Shown here one piece after another: positions 1 to 9,616 of a stretch of 47,865 nucleotides of DNA. The notes beneath the pieces were generated by a model. The model saw only the letters and a list, made by a program, of their open reading frames with translations. It was not told the DNA's origin and ran no database searches. The stretch's first letter is position 1. Every line of letters starts with the position of its first letter. Position numbers and translations under genes: made by a program. The DNA comes from Candidatus Woesearchaeota archaeon (GTDB lineage Archaea; Nanobdellota; Nanobdellia; Pacearchaeales; GW2011-AR1), in NCBI GenBank assembly GCA_964413975.1, contig CAYPUL010000001.1, positions 1 to 47,865 on the forward strand. Direction: 5' to 3'.

Positions 1-479
1 GTAAGACTCCTCAGGTTGCAACACACGAGATTCTTCATGCCTTGGGTTTTAATCATAACACAAATAAAACAAGTATCATTTATCCGGTTACAGACTGTAG
101 ACAAATAATAGATCAGTACATTATTGAGGAGATTAATACGCTCTACCGTGATTCTGCATTGAGTGATCTGGTTATCGAACGAGTAAAAGCAAACAAGACA
201 GGCCGTTATTTGAATATTGAGGTTATTATTGCGAATAACGGGTTAAAAGAAGCAAAGGATGTCTTCCTTGATCTTTCAGCGAATGAAGAGATTGTAAAAA
301 CCTTTGCCATCGGAAATTACTCTATCGGTACAAAGAGATTTATAACTGTTACCAATATTTATGTCCCTCGAGAAACCCAGCGTGTTTCTTTCGTGGTGCG
401 CCATCAAGAACGAGAGCTCTCAAAAGAAAATAATGGCGTTGTTATTAACATTCGACCTCGCCCTTCTAGTTCCCAATAA
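1..479 (+). CDS. Metzincin-type zinc metalloprotease, C-terminal part (5' end outside window)
   Basis: Frame 3 is open from base 3. Translation ...ATHEILHALGFNH gives an HExxHxxGxxH zinc signature, then SIIYP at the Met-turn position and a beta-rich CARDB-like tail. TAA stop at 477-479. Confidence 0.7.
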   Translation, partial: KTPQVATHEILHALGFNHNTNKTSIIYPVTDCRQIIDQYIIEEINTLYRDSALSDLVIERVKANKTGRYLNIEVIIANNGLKEAKDVFLDLSANEEIVKTFAIGNYSIGTKRFITVTNIYVPRETQRVSFVVRHQERELSKENNGVVINIRPRPSSSQ

Positions 480-518
480 CCTTTAAATAGAATCTTCTCT
501 ATACTAGCAAAGAGAAAA

Positions 519-1019
519 ATGGCTGATAAAGAGATGATCATTCGTGAGAAAGTAGACCATTCTGGGATCTTTGATTTTGCGGCATTTTATAACTATGCAC
601 ACTCATGGTTTCGTGACGAGGAATATGGTGTTGACGAGGAACAATATAACGAGAAAGTGAGTACAAACAAACGCGATATTCTTATCGGATGGAAGGCTGT
701 TAAACGTATCTCTGACTATTTCTCAATCGAGATGAGACTAAAATTTGAGATAAAAAACTTGACTGATGTTGAGGTTGAGATTGATGGTGTGAAGAAAAAG
801 ATGAATCGGGGAGATATTTCTGTTGATATTAAAGGAACGCTTGTAAAAGATCCTGAAGGGAAATGGGAGACCTCACCTTATGCGCGCTTTCTGAGAGATG
901 CGTACAACAAATATATTATACCCTCACGGATTATGGAATCGAAGCTTAAAACAGCTTCGGATGTCAAAACGATCAAAGAAGAAATGAAGGCTTTTCTGGA
1001 ACTTACAGGCAGGAGATAA
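519..1019 (+). CDS. Hypothetical protein (166 aa)
   Basis: Clean ATG ORF with TTTAAATA box at 483-490. Charged, soluble-looking sequence with no recognisable motif. Confidence 0.6.
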   Translation: MADKEMIIREKVDHSGIFDFAAFYNYAHSWFRDEEYGVDEEQYNEKVSTNKRDILIGWKAVKRISDYFSIEMRLKFEIKNLTDVEVEIDGVKKKMNRGDISVDIKGTLVKDPEGKWETSPYARFLRDAYNKYIIPSRIMESKLKTASDVKTIKEEMKAFLELTGRR

Positions 1020-1083
1020 CTTTTTCTTTTAACGCGAAAAATAACACACAAATATTTATATAACACTCCTCTTGAGTAAGACG

Positions 1084-2490
1084 ATGGAAAGAGTGTTGAT
1101 TTCGGTATTTTTCTTCCTTTCTTGTATGTTTTTACTCTTCTTGCTCGTTCTGGATGTTACCAGCGCTCAAGGAGTCGAGATAGAAAAAAAGGCAGAGAAT
1201 AGTATTGTGATATCAGAACTTAGTAATCCTGCGGTCTTTGAATTTAGTATCAACAATCTTGGGAAGCAAGACACTTTTGAGATCTATTCTTTCGTCGGCT
1301 TCTCGATGACTCCCAGAGGGACGTTTGATCTTCCACCAGGGAAGACAATACTTGAAGTAACAGCAAATCCGAACAAAGAGGTGCGAAAATCTCGAGGCTT
1401 CTATCAATTCGAGTACCAACTACGAGGTCAGAATGCCGGGATTACGAAAGACACGCTTCTTATCAAGCTCGTTTCACTTCAGGAAATCTTTGAGATAACG
1501 GCAGAGCCAATAAATCCTGAGGATACAGCAATAACTGTGCGCATACAGAACAAGGAGAATATTCCTCTAGAAAATTTGAGTGTACGACTTACCTCGCGAT
1601 TCTTTGACAAGGGAGAAAGACTAACACTTGGCCCTTCTGAGATAAGAGATATTTCGCTTCCTCTTGACCGAGAGAGAATGCGAGGTATTGCAGCAGGATC
1701 TTATCCTGCGACAGCTGCGATCATTCTCGATAACAAAGAAGTGGAGTTTGATATGTCTCTTGATTATCGGGAGCGGGAAGGCATTCGTGTTGAGCGTTTT
1801 TCTGATGGGATTATTATGCGAAGAACGAGTGTTAAAAAAACGAACGATGGAAATACACCGATTGTAGAAACTGTAGAGATAAGAAAGGATATTCTATCTC
1901 GTTTTCTTACTCTTGAGGAACCAATGCCTTACGGGATAGAACGGGAAGGACTGTTTGTTACTTATCGCTGGCGATTATTGCTCAACCCAGGTGAATCAAT
2001 GATCGTGTCAACTACTTCAAACTATACTCTTCCAACGATTATTCTTGCGATAATTATCCTTGGAGCGTTTGCTGTTAGAGTCTGTACCCGTACACCAATG
2101 ACTTTACATAAGAATGTATCATTCATAAAAACAAAAAGCGGCCATTTCGCATTCAAGGTTAAACTTAGTGTGAAAGCACAGAAAGATCTTGAGCATGTGC
2201 GAATAATTGACCGCTTGCCATCTGCGGCAAGGCTCTATGAACAGTTTGGGAGAATGCCTGATGAGGTTGATCAGAACGCGAAGAGACTTACCTGGAACAT
2301 AGAAAAACTTAATGCTGGAGAAGTACGTATATATTCTTATATTATCTATACTCCCCTTCATGTTATTGGTCGATATGAACTGCCCTATGCAAGCGCTTCA
2401 TTTATTTATAAGAACAAACATGCTAGTGTTGTGTCAAATAAGGCTTTTTTTATGGCAGAGACTATTCATACAAATATGTTTGTTCTGTAG
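1084..2490 (+). CDS. Membrane-anchored surface protein with beta-sandwich-like ectodomain
   Basis: The track ORF starts at TTG 1072. ATG 1084 lies 21-30 nt after the ATTTATATAA box (1054-1063). N-terminal signal/TM (VLISVFFFLSCMFLLFLLVL), a second TM (LPTIILAIIILGAFAV) and a C-terminal domain. Confidence 0.65.
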   Translation: MERVLISVFFFLSCMFLLFLLVLDVTSAQGVEIEKKAENSIVISELSNPAVFEFSINNLGKQDTFEIYSFVGFSMTPRGTFDLPPGKTILEVTANPNKEVRKSRGFYQFEYQLRGQNAGITKDTLLIKLVSLQEIFEITAEPINPEDTAITVRIQNKENIPLENLSVRLTSRFFDKGERLTLGPSEIRDISLPLDRERMRGIAAGSYPATAAIILDNKEVEFDMSLDYREREGIRVERFSDGIIMRRTSVKKTNDGNTPIVETVEIRKDILSRFLTLEEPMPYGIEREGLFVTYRWRLLLNPGESMIVSTTSNYTLPTIILAIIILGAFAVRVCTRTPMTLHKNVSFIKTKSGHFAFKVKLSVKAQKDLEHVRIIDRLPSAARLYEQFGRMPDEVDQNAKRLTWNIEKLNAGEVRIYSYIIYTPLHVIGRYELPYASASFIYKNKHASVVSNKAFFMAETIHTNMFVL

Positions 2491-2510
2491 AATATTGTTT
2501 GAGAACTCTT

Positions 2511-4799
2511 TTATCCTGCATAGACTGGGCTTGTGTTTTCTAGTCCTGCTTTTGCTTGCTTTAGATAATACTCTTCAATCTTTTTGTATCGTTGCGCAGT
2601 GTCGCGTGATACCGATGGTCTTACTCGCTTGAGTGCTTCTTCGAAGTCGTTAAAGGTTACCATACTTGCGTTGTGATCTTTTCGTAGTGCATTCAGCGCA
2701 GCTTCACGTACTAATGATTCTAGATCAGCGCCAACGAAGCCATCGGTTAGCTTTACGAGTTCATGAATGTCAACGTCATCTTTCAATGGTGTCTTCTTGG
2801 TATGGATCTCTAAGATTTTTTGACGACTTGTTTCATCTGGTACATCGACTAAGATAACACGGTCGAATCTTCCTGGTCTTAAGATAGCAGGGTCTAACAT
2901 ATCTGGTCGATTTGTTGCGCCGATGATTGTTACATCTTTTAAGTCTTCAAGACCATCAATTTCTGCTAATAGCTGATTCAAAACACGTTCAGTTACCTTT
3001 GTTCCTGCTTCTAACCCTCGTTTTCCTGCGAGTGCATCGATTTCATCAAAGAACACAATAGAAGGTGCAACCTGCCGCGCGCGCTCAAAGACCTTTCGAA
3101 CACCTTCTTCTGATTTTCCAACCCACATACTTAGGAGCGAGGGTCCTTTGATATGAATGAAATTTGCCTCAGATTCCTTTGCAACTGCTTTCGCTAATAG
3201 GGTCTTCCCTGTTCCTGGAGGTCCGTATAATAAGATTCCTCGCGGTGCTCTGATACCGAGTCTTTTAAAGCTTTCGGGATTCGTAATCGGCCATTCAACA
3301 GCCTCCTTCAATTCTTGCTTTGTCTTTTCTAGACCACCAACATCTTCCCAGGAGACATTCGGTGTTTCAACAAAGACTTCTCTCATTGCACTAGGTCGTA
3401 CAACCTTCAATGCATCTTCAAAATCTTCAACGCGGACAATAGCTTTTTCTAAGACTTCTTTTGGTATTGGTTCTTCACTGTCCAGCTTTAGCTCTGGCAG
3501 CATCTTCCGCAAAACATTCATAGCAGCCTCTTTTGTTAACGCTGATAGATCAGCACCTACGAAACCGTGTGTCTTTCCCGCGAGTATAATGAGACTGATA
3601 TTCTTCGCCAAGGGCATGTTTCGCGTATGAATCTTTAGGATATCTAAACGTGCTTCCTTTCCAGGTACAGAAATCTCAATCTCTCGATCGAATCTTCCTG
3701 GTCTTCGTAATGCAGGATCTAAAGAATTAACTCTATTCGTCGCTCCAATTACAACAACTTTTCCTCTTGATTTTAGACCATCCATCATTGTTAACAACTG
3801 ACTTACTACCCTTCTTTCGACTTCTCCTTGTACCTCTTCTCGCTTTGGCGCAATCGCATCAATTTCATCAAAGAATACAATAGAAGGTGCATGCTTTTCT
3901 GCTTCTTCAAAGATGTCTCTAATCTTCTTTTCAGATTCTCCGTAGAATTTACTCATGACTTCAGGACCATTTAACAGAATAAAATTCGCGTCTGATTCAT
4001 TCGCTACCGCTTTTGCGAGGAGTGTCTTTCCTGTTCCTGGCGGACCGTGTAACAGAACTCCCTTTGGCGCATCGATGCCAAGTCGTTCAAAGATCTCAGG
4101 ATGTTTCAACGGAAGTTCGACCATTTCGCGTATTTTCTTAATCTCGTCCTTTAAACCGCCAATATCTTCGTATGTAATCTCTAGTACTGCATCTTCAGAT
4201 ATATCCACAGCCTTCGGATTCAGCATTATTTCACTGTCTTCATTGATAAAACACTGCTGATTTGGTGTTGTTGAAACAACGATGAATCTTAGATGTTGGA
4301 AACCAGGGAATGCAAGATGCCCGCCGAACAAATCATGGAGATCGCCAAAGAAATCAGGGAAACCTTCATTTAGACTTTCTCTCCGACGATGCACTCCTCC
4401 TAATGAGATGATATCTCCCTTTGTGACTGGTCTTCCTAACAAACCTTGCTTTAACATTTCGGGATCACCTTGCACCATAATCCCTTGCTGTGCGGGTGCT
4501 ATAACGACCTTTGTTGCTGGTTTGCTATTCGCTTTCTTAACAATAACGTTCTCACCAACACCAATCCGCGCATTTTTTCTGATCAGGCCATCGATACGAA
4601 TAATACTCTCGCCGACATCAGCAGGATATGCACGGTCAACAATGGCCTGTGTTTCTCGCCCGCCTTGGATTGTGATGATATCGCCTCTCATTAAACCTAT
4701 AGATCGCATGATCTGGGGGTCAATTCTAGCAACTCCTTTGTATACATCGTCTTGTAATGACTCAACTACCTTTAGTTTAATCCCTGTGTTCTTTACCAT
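2511..4799 (-). CDS. cdc48: CDC48/VCP-type AAA+ ATPase (two AAA modules)
   Basis: N-domain [16 protein letters not shown], two Walker A motifs ([15 protein letters not shown] twice), two Walker B motifs (IVFFDEIDA twice) and two SRH regions (GATNRxxxLDPALxRPGRFDR). 762 aa. Confidence 0.95.
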   Translation of the reverse strand: MVKNTGIKLKVVESLQDDVYKGVARIDPQIMRSIGLMRGDIITIQGGRETQAIVDRAYPADVGESIIRIDGLIRKNARIGVGENVIVKKANSKPATKVVIAPAQQGIMVQGDPEMLKQGLLGRPVTKGDIISLGGVHRRRESLNEGFPDFFGDLHDLFGGHLAFPGFQHLRFIVVSTTPNQQCFINEDSEIMLNPKAVDISEDAVLEITYEDIGGLKDEIKKIREMVELPLKHPEIFERLGIDAPKGVLLHGPPGTGKTLLAKAVANESDANFILLNGPEVMSKFYGESEKKIRDIFEEAEKHAPSIVFFDEIDAIAPKREEVQGEVERRVVSQLLTMMDGLKSRGKVVVIGATNRVNSLDPALRRPGRFDREIEISVPGKEARLDILKIHTRNMPLAKNISLIILAGKTHGFVGADLSALTKEAAMNVLRKMLPELKLDSEEPIPKEVLEKAIVRVEDFEDALKVVRPSAMREVFVETPNVSWEDVGGLEKTKQELKEAVEWPITNPESFKRLGIRAPRGILLYGPPGTGKTLLAKAVAKESEANFIHIKGPSLLSMWVGKSEEGVRKVFERARQVAPSIVFFDEIDALAGKRGLEAGTKVTERVLNQLLAEIDGLEDLKDVTIIGATNRPDMLDPAILRPGRFDRVILVDVPDETSRQKILEIHTKKTPLKDDVDIHELVKLTDGFVGADLESLVREAALNALRKDHNASMVTFNDFEEALKRVRPSVSRDTAQRYKKIEEYYLKQAKAGLENTSPVYAG

Positions 4800-5170
4800 T
4801 CGCGCTCCCTCCTTTGAGGATCATTGAAGAAACTAATGCTTAATTTTCCGAAATCCTCGAATCCTAGACGTACCATGTCGCTCATTTGTTTATGCATGCG
4901 TTGATGTGTTTCATTGATAAAATCAACAATCTCTTTTGGGATACTAATGGCGTGGCTGTTTCCCACCATGCGTAATTTTACATTGAACGTTTTCTGTCGT
5001 AAACCGTTATATTGTTCTAAATCGTGTAAATCTCCTGGATGAATAATTTTATCATTGCAGCGTGGACAGTGCATTGCTCGTAAATGAAAACCGGACTTCT
5101 CGATATTGGTTGGTTTCATTTGTACATCACACTGTTCGCACATGATCTTTGCATCAAATATATCTTTCAT
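4793..5170 (-). CDS. Zinc-ribbon plus AbrB/SpoVT-like (swapped-hairpin) domain protein
   Basis: CEQC...CPRC zinc ribbon followed by VGNSHAISIPKEIV, typical of AbrB/MazE-type DNA-binding folds. The 3' end overlaps the cdc48 start by 7 nt. Confidence 0.6.
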   Translation of the reverse strand: MKDIFDAKIMCEQCDVQMKPTNIEKSGFHLRAMHCPRCNDKIIHPGDLHDLEQYNGLRQKTFNVKLRMVGNSHAISIPKEIVDFINETHQRMHKQMSDMVRLGFEDFGKLSISFFNDPQRREREW

Positions 5171-5244
5171 TGTTATATATCTTTATTGTATACACAAAAC
5201 GTGTATACAATACTATTTAAATATTTCGGTTGTCAAGAAATATA

Positions 5245-5922
5245 ATGGATTATCGAGGTCTTCTGAGGGGTGTTGTAACGTATCTTACGAGAACGACTGC
5301 GAGCTGTTTTGATATGCTTATTCAGTCAACACCTTCCTATCAACGAATGGTTTATGATGAGAGTAAACGCTGTCTAGATGCTATTGGAGGATTGGAAGCG
5401 AGATTTCGTGGACTTGAAGAGCTTCATCAAAGAGAGCTAACTGAAGTGAGAAGAAGACTTGCCGAAGCTGAGCAACGAGCAACTCTTCATGCTGAACGTG
5501 CCATAATGTACCAAGAGGAAGCAGGATTAACAGATCCCTCGATACTGATTCCAAGATATGAAGAAATGAAAGCTAGACTAGAAAAAGCTAAACATCCTTT
5601 CATAATCACAACTCAAAGAGGAGAGGGTATTCTTTATCTCTCAGAAAGAATACAAAAAGGAATTACAACAGCATGCAATTTATTAGGTCGTTCCTTTAGT
5701 CAATTGAGAGCTAATTCTGCTTATTTATCCTCCTCCTCTGACAGATTTTCTGGGGATGTTATAAAAATTGGAGATCATGTATATAGAATAAGAAGAATTA
5801 GAGACATTAGGGGATTTAGGATAATTAATTTGGAGCATGTTGGTCAATTTGAAAGATTTGTCGAGATGATACACGCGACAATGAGAGAAGCACTTCCTAA
5901 AAAGAGTAAAAAAATTGGGTAG
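5245..5922 (+). CDS. Hypothetical protein with coiled-coil segment
   Basis: Long ORF with the first ATG at 5245 (the track start 5230 is non-ATG). Heptad-like region ELHQRELTEVRRRLAEAEQRA. No known motif. Confidence 0.55.
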   Translation: MDYRGLLRGVVTYLTRTTASCFDMLIQSTPSYQRMVYDESKRCLDAIGGLEARFRGLEELHQRELTEVRRRLAEAEQRATLHAERAIMYQEEAGLTDPSILIPRYEEMKARLEKAKHPFIITTQRGEGILYLSERIQKGITTACNLLGRSFSQLRANSAYLSSSSDRFSGDVIKIGDHVYRIRRIRDIRGFRIINLEHVGQFERFVEMIHATMREALPKKSKKIG

Positions 5923-5956
5923 TAATGTTTATTAAGAAAGTTGTACAAAACAGGCT

Positions 5957-7375
5957 ATGCAGAATCCTGCTAAAAAGATTCTTGACATAAAAGAGGTTGA
6001 AGCAGACGTTCGAGGAAAAACCTTGAAAGTAGTCCATGAAAAACAAAAAACACTAAAACGCAGTATGAATGAGGGCGCTGCTGCTAGCGTTACAACAGGA
6101 GTTGGTGATTCTTACATGACACCCTTTGCTGATGCACTCGGTGCACAACCGATCCATATCGGTTTTCTTAGTGCGATTACCGCACTCGCTTCGCCATTCG
6201 CGCAACTTCGTGGAAGTTATCTTATGGTAAAAAATCCACGGAAAAAAATAGTACTTGCCTTTGTCTTCTTCAATGCAATTATGTGGCTTGCACTCGCAGC
6301 AATAGCGATCTTAGCATACATAAAAACAAAAAATCTCTCGTTTGTCTATCTTCTTATCATTGCCTATGCGCTCCTTGGTATCTTTAATGGATTCGCATTT
6401 CCTGCTTGGTACTCTTGGATGGGTGATCTTGTTCCTGAGAAAGATCGGGGTCGCTATTTCAGCAAACGAAATGTTGTCACTGGTATTGTAAGCCTCGTGA
6501 CCTTTCTTGTTGGCGCGTTTATCCTGGATTTCTTCGGACAAAAAGAGATTATGCTAGGTTTTTTTCTCTTATTTATTTTCGCATTTCTCTTTCGCTTGTT
6601 ATCGTTTGCGAGTTTTCGGAAACACTATGCTCCGCCATTGAAGATCCATCGCTCAAACTATTTTTCATTCTGGCAGTTTATAAAACGTTTTGATAATTAC
6701 GGGAAGTTTTCTGTTTATCTGGCATTTTTTGAATTTGCGATTATGGTCGCTTCACCATTTTTTGCTGTCTATATGCTCCAAGAACTTGGTTATAATCAGA
6801 ACTACTTACTTTATACACTCGTTGCGATGAGTTCTTCACTTTTTTACTTACTTTTTACACCACTTGCTGGTAAATTCTCAGATAGATATGGTAATGCACG
6901 CCTTCTCGTTATTGCAAATGTTTGTTTTATTTTTACACCGCTTCTATGGCTTATATCTGAGAATCCAATCTATCTGATTGTTATACCACAGCTTATTGCT
7001 GGTATTGCGAACGCTGCATTTGTTATTGCATCAACGAACTTTACCTATGATGCTGTTTCTCCGGAAAAACGCGGTAGCTGTATCGCTTATACGAATGTTC
7101 TTATTGGCGTTGGTAGTTTTCTTGGTGCTATTCTTGGCGGTTATCTTCTTTCTGTCCTTCCTTCAGATACACTCTCGCTTAACAAGTTCTTTCTCGTTTT
7201 TATTCTCGCTTCACTTCTTCGACTTGGTGTCGCACTTATCTTCCTCCCCAAAGTAAAAGAGGTTCGCAGGGTCGAACGTCTTCCTCCGATGCATGTTCAT
7301 ATCGCACACCCATTCAGGACAATTCGTGCAGAGATAGGTTGGTTTCGGATACTCTTGAAGAATAAATCGGTATGA
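5957..7375 (+). CDS. MFS-type transporter
   Basis: 472 aa with about 12 hydrophobic spans in two halves and MFS-like loop motifs (GDLVPEKDRGRYF; GKFSDRYGNAR). Confidence 0.8.
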   Translation: MQNPAKKILDIKEVEADVRGKTLKVVHEKQKTLKRSMNEGAAASVTTGVGDSYMTPFADALGAQPIHIGFLSAITALASPFAQLRGSYLMVKNPRKKIVLAFVFFNAIMWLALAAIAILAYIKTKNLSFVYLLIIAYALLGIFNGFAFPAWYSWMGDLVPEKDRGRYFSKRNVVTGIVSLVTFLVGAFILDFFGQKEIMLGFFLLFIFAFLFRLLSFASFRKHYAPPLKIHRSNYFSFWQFIKRFDNYGKFSVYLAFFEFAIMVASPFFAVYMLQELGYNQNYLLYTLVAMSSSLFYLLFTPLAGKFSDRYGNARLLVIANVCFIFTPLLWLISENPIYLIVIPQLIAGIANAAFVIASTNFTYDAVSPEKRGSCIAYTNVLIGVGSFLGAILGGYLLSVLPSDTLSLNKFFLVFILASLLRLGVALIFLPKVKEVRRVERLPPMHVHIAHPFRTIRAEIGWFRILLKNKSV

Positions 7376-7431
7376 TGATCATGGCGTGAGATCGACGGAA
7401 AGTTTAAAAGTACTGCTTTCCTTGTTTCCCG

Positions 7432-8106
7432 ATGCTTTTCAATAAGAAAGACAAGCGTAGATGTGATCAGTGTGGAGAATCATCAAATCAGAACTACAAC
7501 TTCTGCCCTTATTGCGGAAACATCATAGTTGATCATCAAAAAGAACAACGCGATTATGGTCTCCTTGGGAGAAACGATTCTTTTCCTTCTGAGGAGGGGA
7601 TTGCTCTTCCGGAAGGATTCGGAATTTCGGATAGGATATTCAGTGCACTTGTCAATGGGATTATGAAATCATTTGATAAACAATTTAAACAACAAATGAA
7701 AGAGATGGAACGCGAGCTTAATAATGCTAATGCAGAGATAACAACGCTTCCTAATGGCGTCCGAATAAAGATTACGAGTCAACTACCATCTCGTACCAAT
7801 TCGCCACCGAAGCATCAACCTCAGCAACGGAGGATTTCTGAAGAACAACTTGAGCGTATCGCTCAGCTACCGAAAGAAAAAGCAAAAACAACTGTCAAAC
7901 GTCTAGGTAATAAGATAATCTACGAATTAATAACGCCTGGGCTCGTGTCAGTTGATGATATCTTTGTCTCGAAACTTGAGTCGGGTTATGAGATAAAAGC
8001 GATAGGTGACAAGAAGGTATATGTAAACTCAATTCCTGTTAATCTTCCTCTGAAACGCTATCTGATCTCAGATGATAAACTCTTTGTTGAGTTTAACAAT
8101 CACTAG
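7432..8106 (+). CDS. Zinc-ribbon protein with C-terminal HSP20/CS-like beta domain (tentative)
   Basis: CDQC...CPYC ribbon at the N-terminus. The C-terminal segment IYELITPG..DDIFVSKLESGYEIKA resembles alpha-crystallin-type folds. The stop abuts msrB. Confidence 0.55.
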   Translation: MLFNKKDKRRCDQCGESSNQNYNFCPYCGNIIVDHQKEQRDYGLLGRNDSFPSEEGIALPEGFGISDRIFSALVNGIMKSFDKQFKQQMKEMERELNNANAEITTLPNGVRIKITSQLPSRTNSPPKHQPQQRRISEEQLERIAQLPKEKAKTTVKRLGNKIIYELITPGLVSVDDIFVSKLESGYEIKAIGDKKVYVNSIPVNLPLKRYLISDDKLFVEFNNH

Positions 8107-8109
8107 TTG

Positions 8110-8511
8110 ATGAAAAGAAAGATCTCTGAAAACTCCTTTAAGAACAAACTCTCTCCTGAACAGTACGCGGTTCTGAGACAGAAAGCGACAGAGCCTGCGT
8201 TTTCAGGGAAACTTCTCTTTAACAAAGAGCAAGGTAACTATAGGTGTGCTGCGTGTGGTGCGATGCTCTTTTCTTCTGCGGAAAAATTTGATTCTGGTAG
8301 TGGTTGGCCTAGTTTCTTTTCTTCTCACAAAGGGAACCTAACGATAAAACCGGATTATTCGCATGGCATGATTCGAACAGAGGTACTTTGCAAACAATGC
8401 GGTAGTCACCTTGGTCATCTCTTTCATGATGGTGGTAAACGTTATTGCATTAACTCACTCGCGCTTGATTTTAGGAAAGATAAGAAAGGTCATGATCGTG
8501 CCCGGATTTGA
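8110..8511 (+). CDS. msrB: Peptide-methionine (R)-S-oxide reductase
   Basis: Two CxxC pairs (CAACG, CKQCG), GSGWPSF, and HLGHLFHDGGKRYCINS containing the catalytic Cys. ATG 8110 follows TTG 8107. Confidence 0.9.
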   Translation: MKRKISENSFKNKLSPEQYAVLRQKATEPAFSGKLLFNKEQGNYRCAACGAMLFSSAEKFDSGSGWPSFFSSHKGNLTIKPDYSHGMIRTEVLCKQCGSHLGHLFHDGGKRYCINSLALDFRKDKKGHDRARI

Positions 8512-8567
8512 ACCGGGGACCCCTGCCTTATCAGAGCAGTGCTCTAACCGGGCTGAGCTACACGATC
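8493..8567 (-). tRNA. tRNA-Ile (anticodon GAU)
   Basis: Minus strand reads GATCGTG-TA-GCTC-AGCCCGGTTA-GAGC-A-CTGCT-CTGATAA-GGCAG-GGGTC-CCCGG-TTCAAAT-CCGGG-CACGATC-A. Perfect cloverleaf, no encoded CCA. Confidence 0.92.
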
Positions 8568-8590
8568 TTCTCATTCTAAAAAACAATTCG

Positions 8591-8599
8591 TTTATAAAA
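8591..8599 (-). promoter_or_regulatory. TATA-like box for tRNA-Ile
   Basis: TTTTATAAA on the minus strand, 24-32 nt upstream of the tRNA 5' end. Confidence 0.45.
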
Positions 8600-8611
8600 C
8601 CTACTATGTCT

Positions 8612-9478
8612 TTATGGCCAATATTCTAATCTTCCTTTATAGTTTTGTCTCATTACGTTAATTGCATTGTACGCACGTTTACATACTGCTCCTCCATCTT
8701 TACATTCGTTTAGCGAGAAAGCTTCTCCGATCGTATGGAGTACAACACCTCTAGGAGCAATAAGACCCTGAACAAACCGGTTTGCAAACGCGTACAACTC
8801 AACACGCTGCCGTTGTGCTGTGGAAAGTTGCTTTATCTTTTTTGTAGGGAATAGTTCGGGAAATAAATAAGGAAAATACTTTTCCTCGATTGGATGATCA
8901 TAAGCAATATAATGTGGGACAACGATCATCTCTTTTCCATGCTCTCGTGCTGCACTATATATAATACGAATTCCTCCTCTTTGAAATTTTTTTAATGAAC
9001 CGTCGGTACTCCTGCTACCTTCTGGATACATGAGAATACTTTCTCCTGTCTTGACCAATCGATCAAAAACGTGATATAGAGAGCGCAAAGCATTAATATC
9101 TTTCCGAACAGGTGGGATTTCAAATGCGCCGCAGAGCCTCCAGATTTTTTCAATCCCTGGCAGAAGTGCATGGTTACTTGCTGCAATTCTAGGTATTGGT
9201 ACATTGTACTTCCAAAACGTGTATAGTTGTTGGAAGGGGTCATACTGACTACGGTGATTACTGAGATGAAGTACCTGCTTAGGGTTCTTAGCTAATGAAC
9301 TAAGCGTTTTGTATTTATCGATAACAATCGAGTCCCGTACAAGTATTCGTAGTAACTTGCTTCCTCTTCGACAGAGTTCATCAAAAAAACGTGGGCTGTA
9401 ATTCGTGATAAGATATTCTAGATCAGCGCTCGTTTTTGGAACGGTCTGTGGATGATCTCGTACATGAAAAGGCACCAT
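8612..9478 (-). CDS. Glycerolipid acyltransferase (PlsB/PlsC-GPAT superfamily)
   Basis: HX4D block (LSNHRSQYDP) and the FPEGTRS-like block (YPEGSRSTDG) at the appropriate spacing. 288 aa. Confidence 0.7.
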   Translation of the reverse strand: MVPFHVRDHPQTVPKTSADLEYLITNYSPRFFDELCRRGSKLLRILVRDSIVIDKYKTLSSLAKNPKQVLHLSNHRSQYDPFQQLYTFWKYNVPIPRIAASNHALLPGIEKIWRLCGAFEIPPVRKDINALRSLYHVFDRLVKTGESILMYPEGSRSTDGSLKKFQRGGIRIIYSAAREHGKEMIVVPHYIAYDHPIEEKYFPYLFPELFPTKKIKQLSTAQRQRVELYAFANRFVQGLIAPRGVVLHTIGEAFSLNECKDGGAVCKRAYNAINVMRQNYKGRLEYWP

Positions 9479-9510
9479 CGTGTGAATAGCAATTCTATTA
9501 CATCCGAAGT

Positions 9511-9519
9511 TATTTAAAA
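9511..9519 (+). promoter_or_regulatory. TATA-like box for the tRNA-Gly/tRNA-Pro pair
   Basis: TATTTAAAA, 22-30 nt upstream of tRNA-Gly position 1. Confidence 0.45.
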
Positions 9520-9540
9520 CTGACGATCATTCGTGTTTTG

Positions 9541-9611
9541 GCGCTGATGATCTAACGGTATGATGTCACCTTCCCAAGGTGATCGCCCGGGTTCAACTCC
9601 CGGTCAGCGCA
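9541..9611 (+). tRNA. tRNA-Gly (anticodon CCC)
   Basis: Acceptor GCGCTGA/TCAGCGC, anticodon arm TCACC-TTCCCAA-GGTGA, T arm CCGGG-TTCAACT-CCCGG, discriminator A. No CCA. Confidence 0.88.
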
Positions 9612-9616
9612 TGCAT

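Noticed and set aside
3157-4827. Long plus-strand ORFs (3157-3630, 3955-4260, 4282-4827, 4470-4694) opposite cdc48
   Set aside because: They are antisense shadows of a strongly conserved AAA+ gene. Their translations are low-complexity Ser/Phe/Pro-rich, and two of them mirror each other only because the two AAA modules are paralogous.
8411-8629. 72-aa plus-strand ORF spanning tRNA-Ile
   Set aside because: It is a read-through of the tRNA gene's antisense strand with no coding features.
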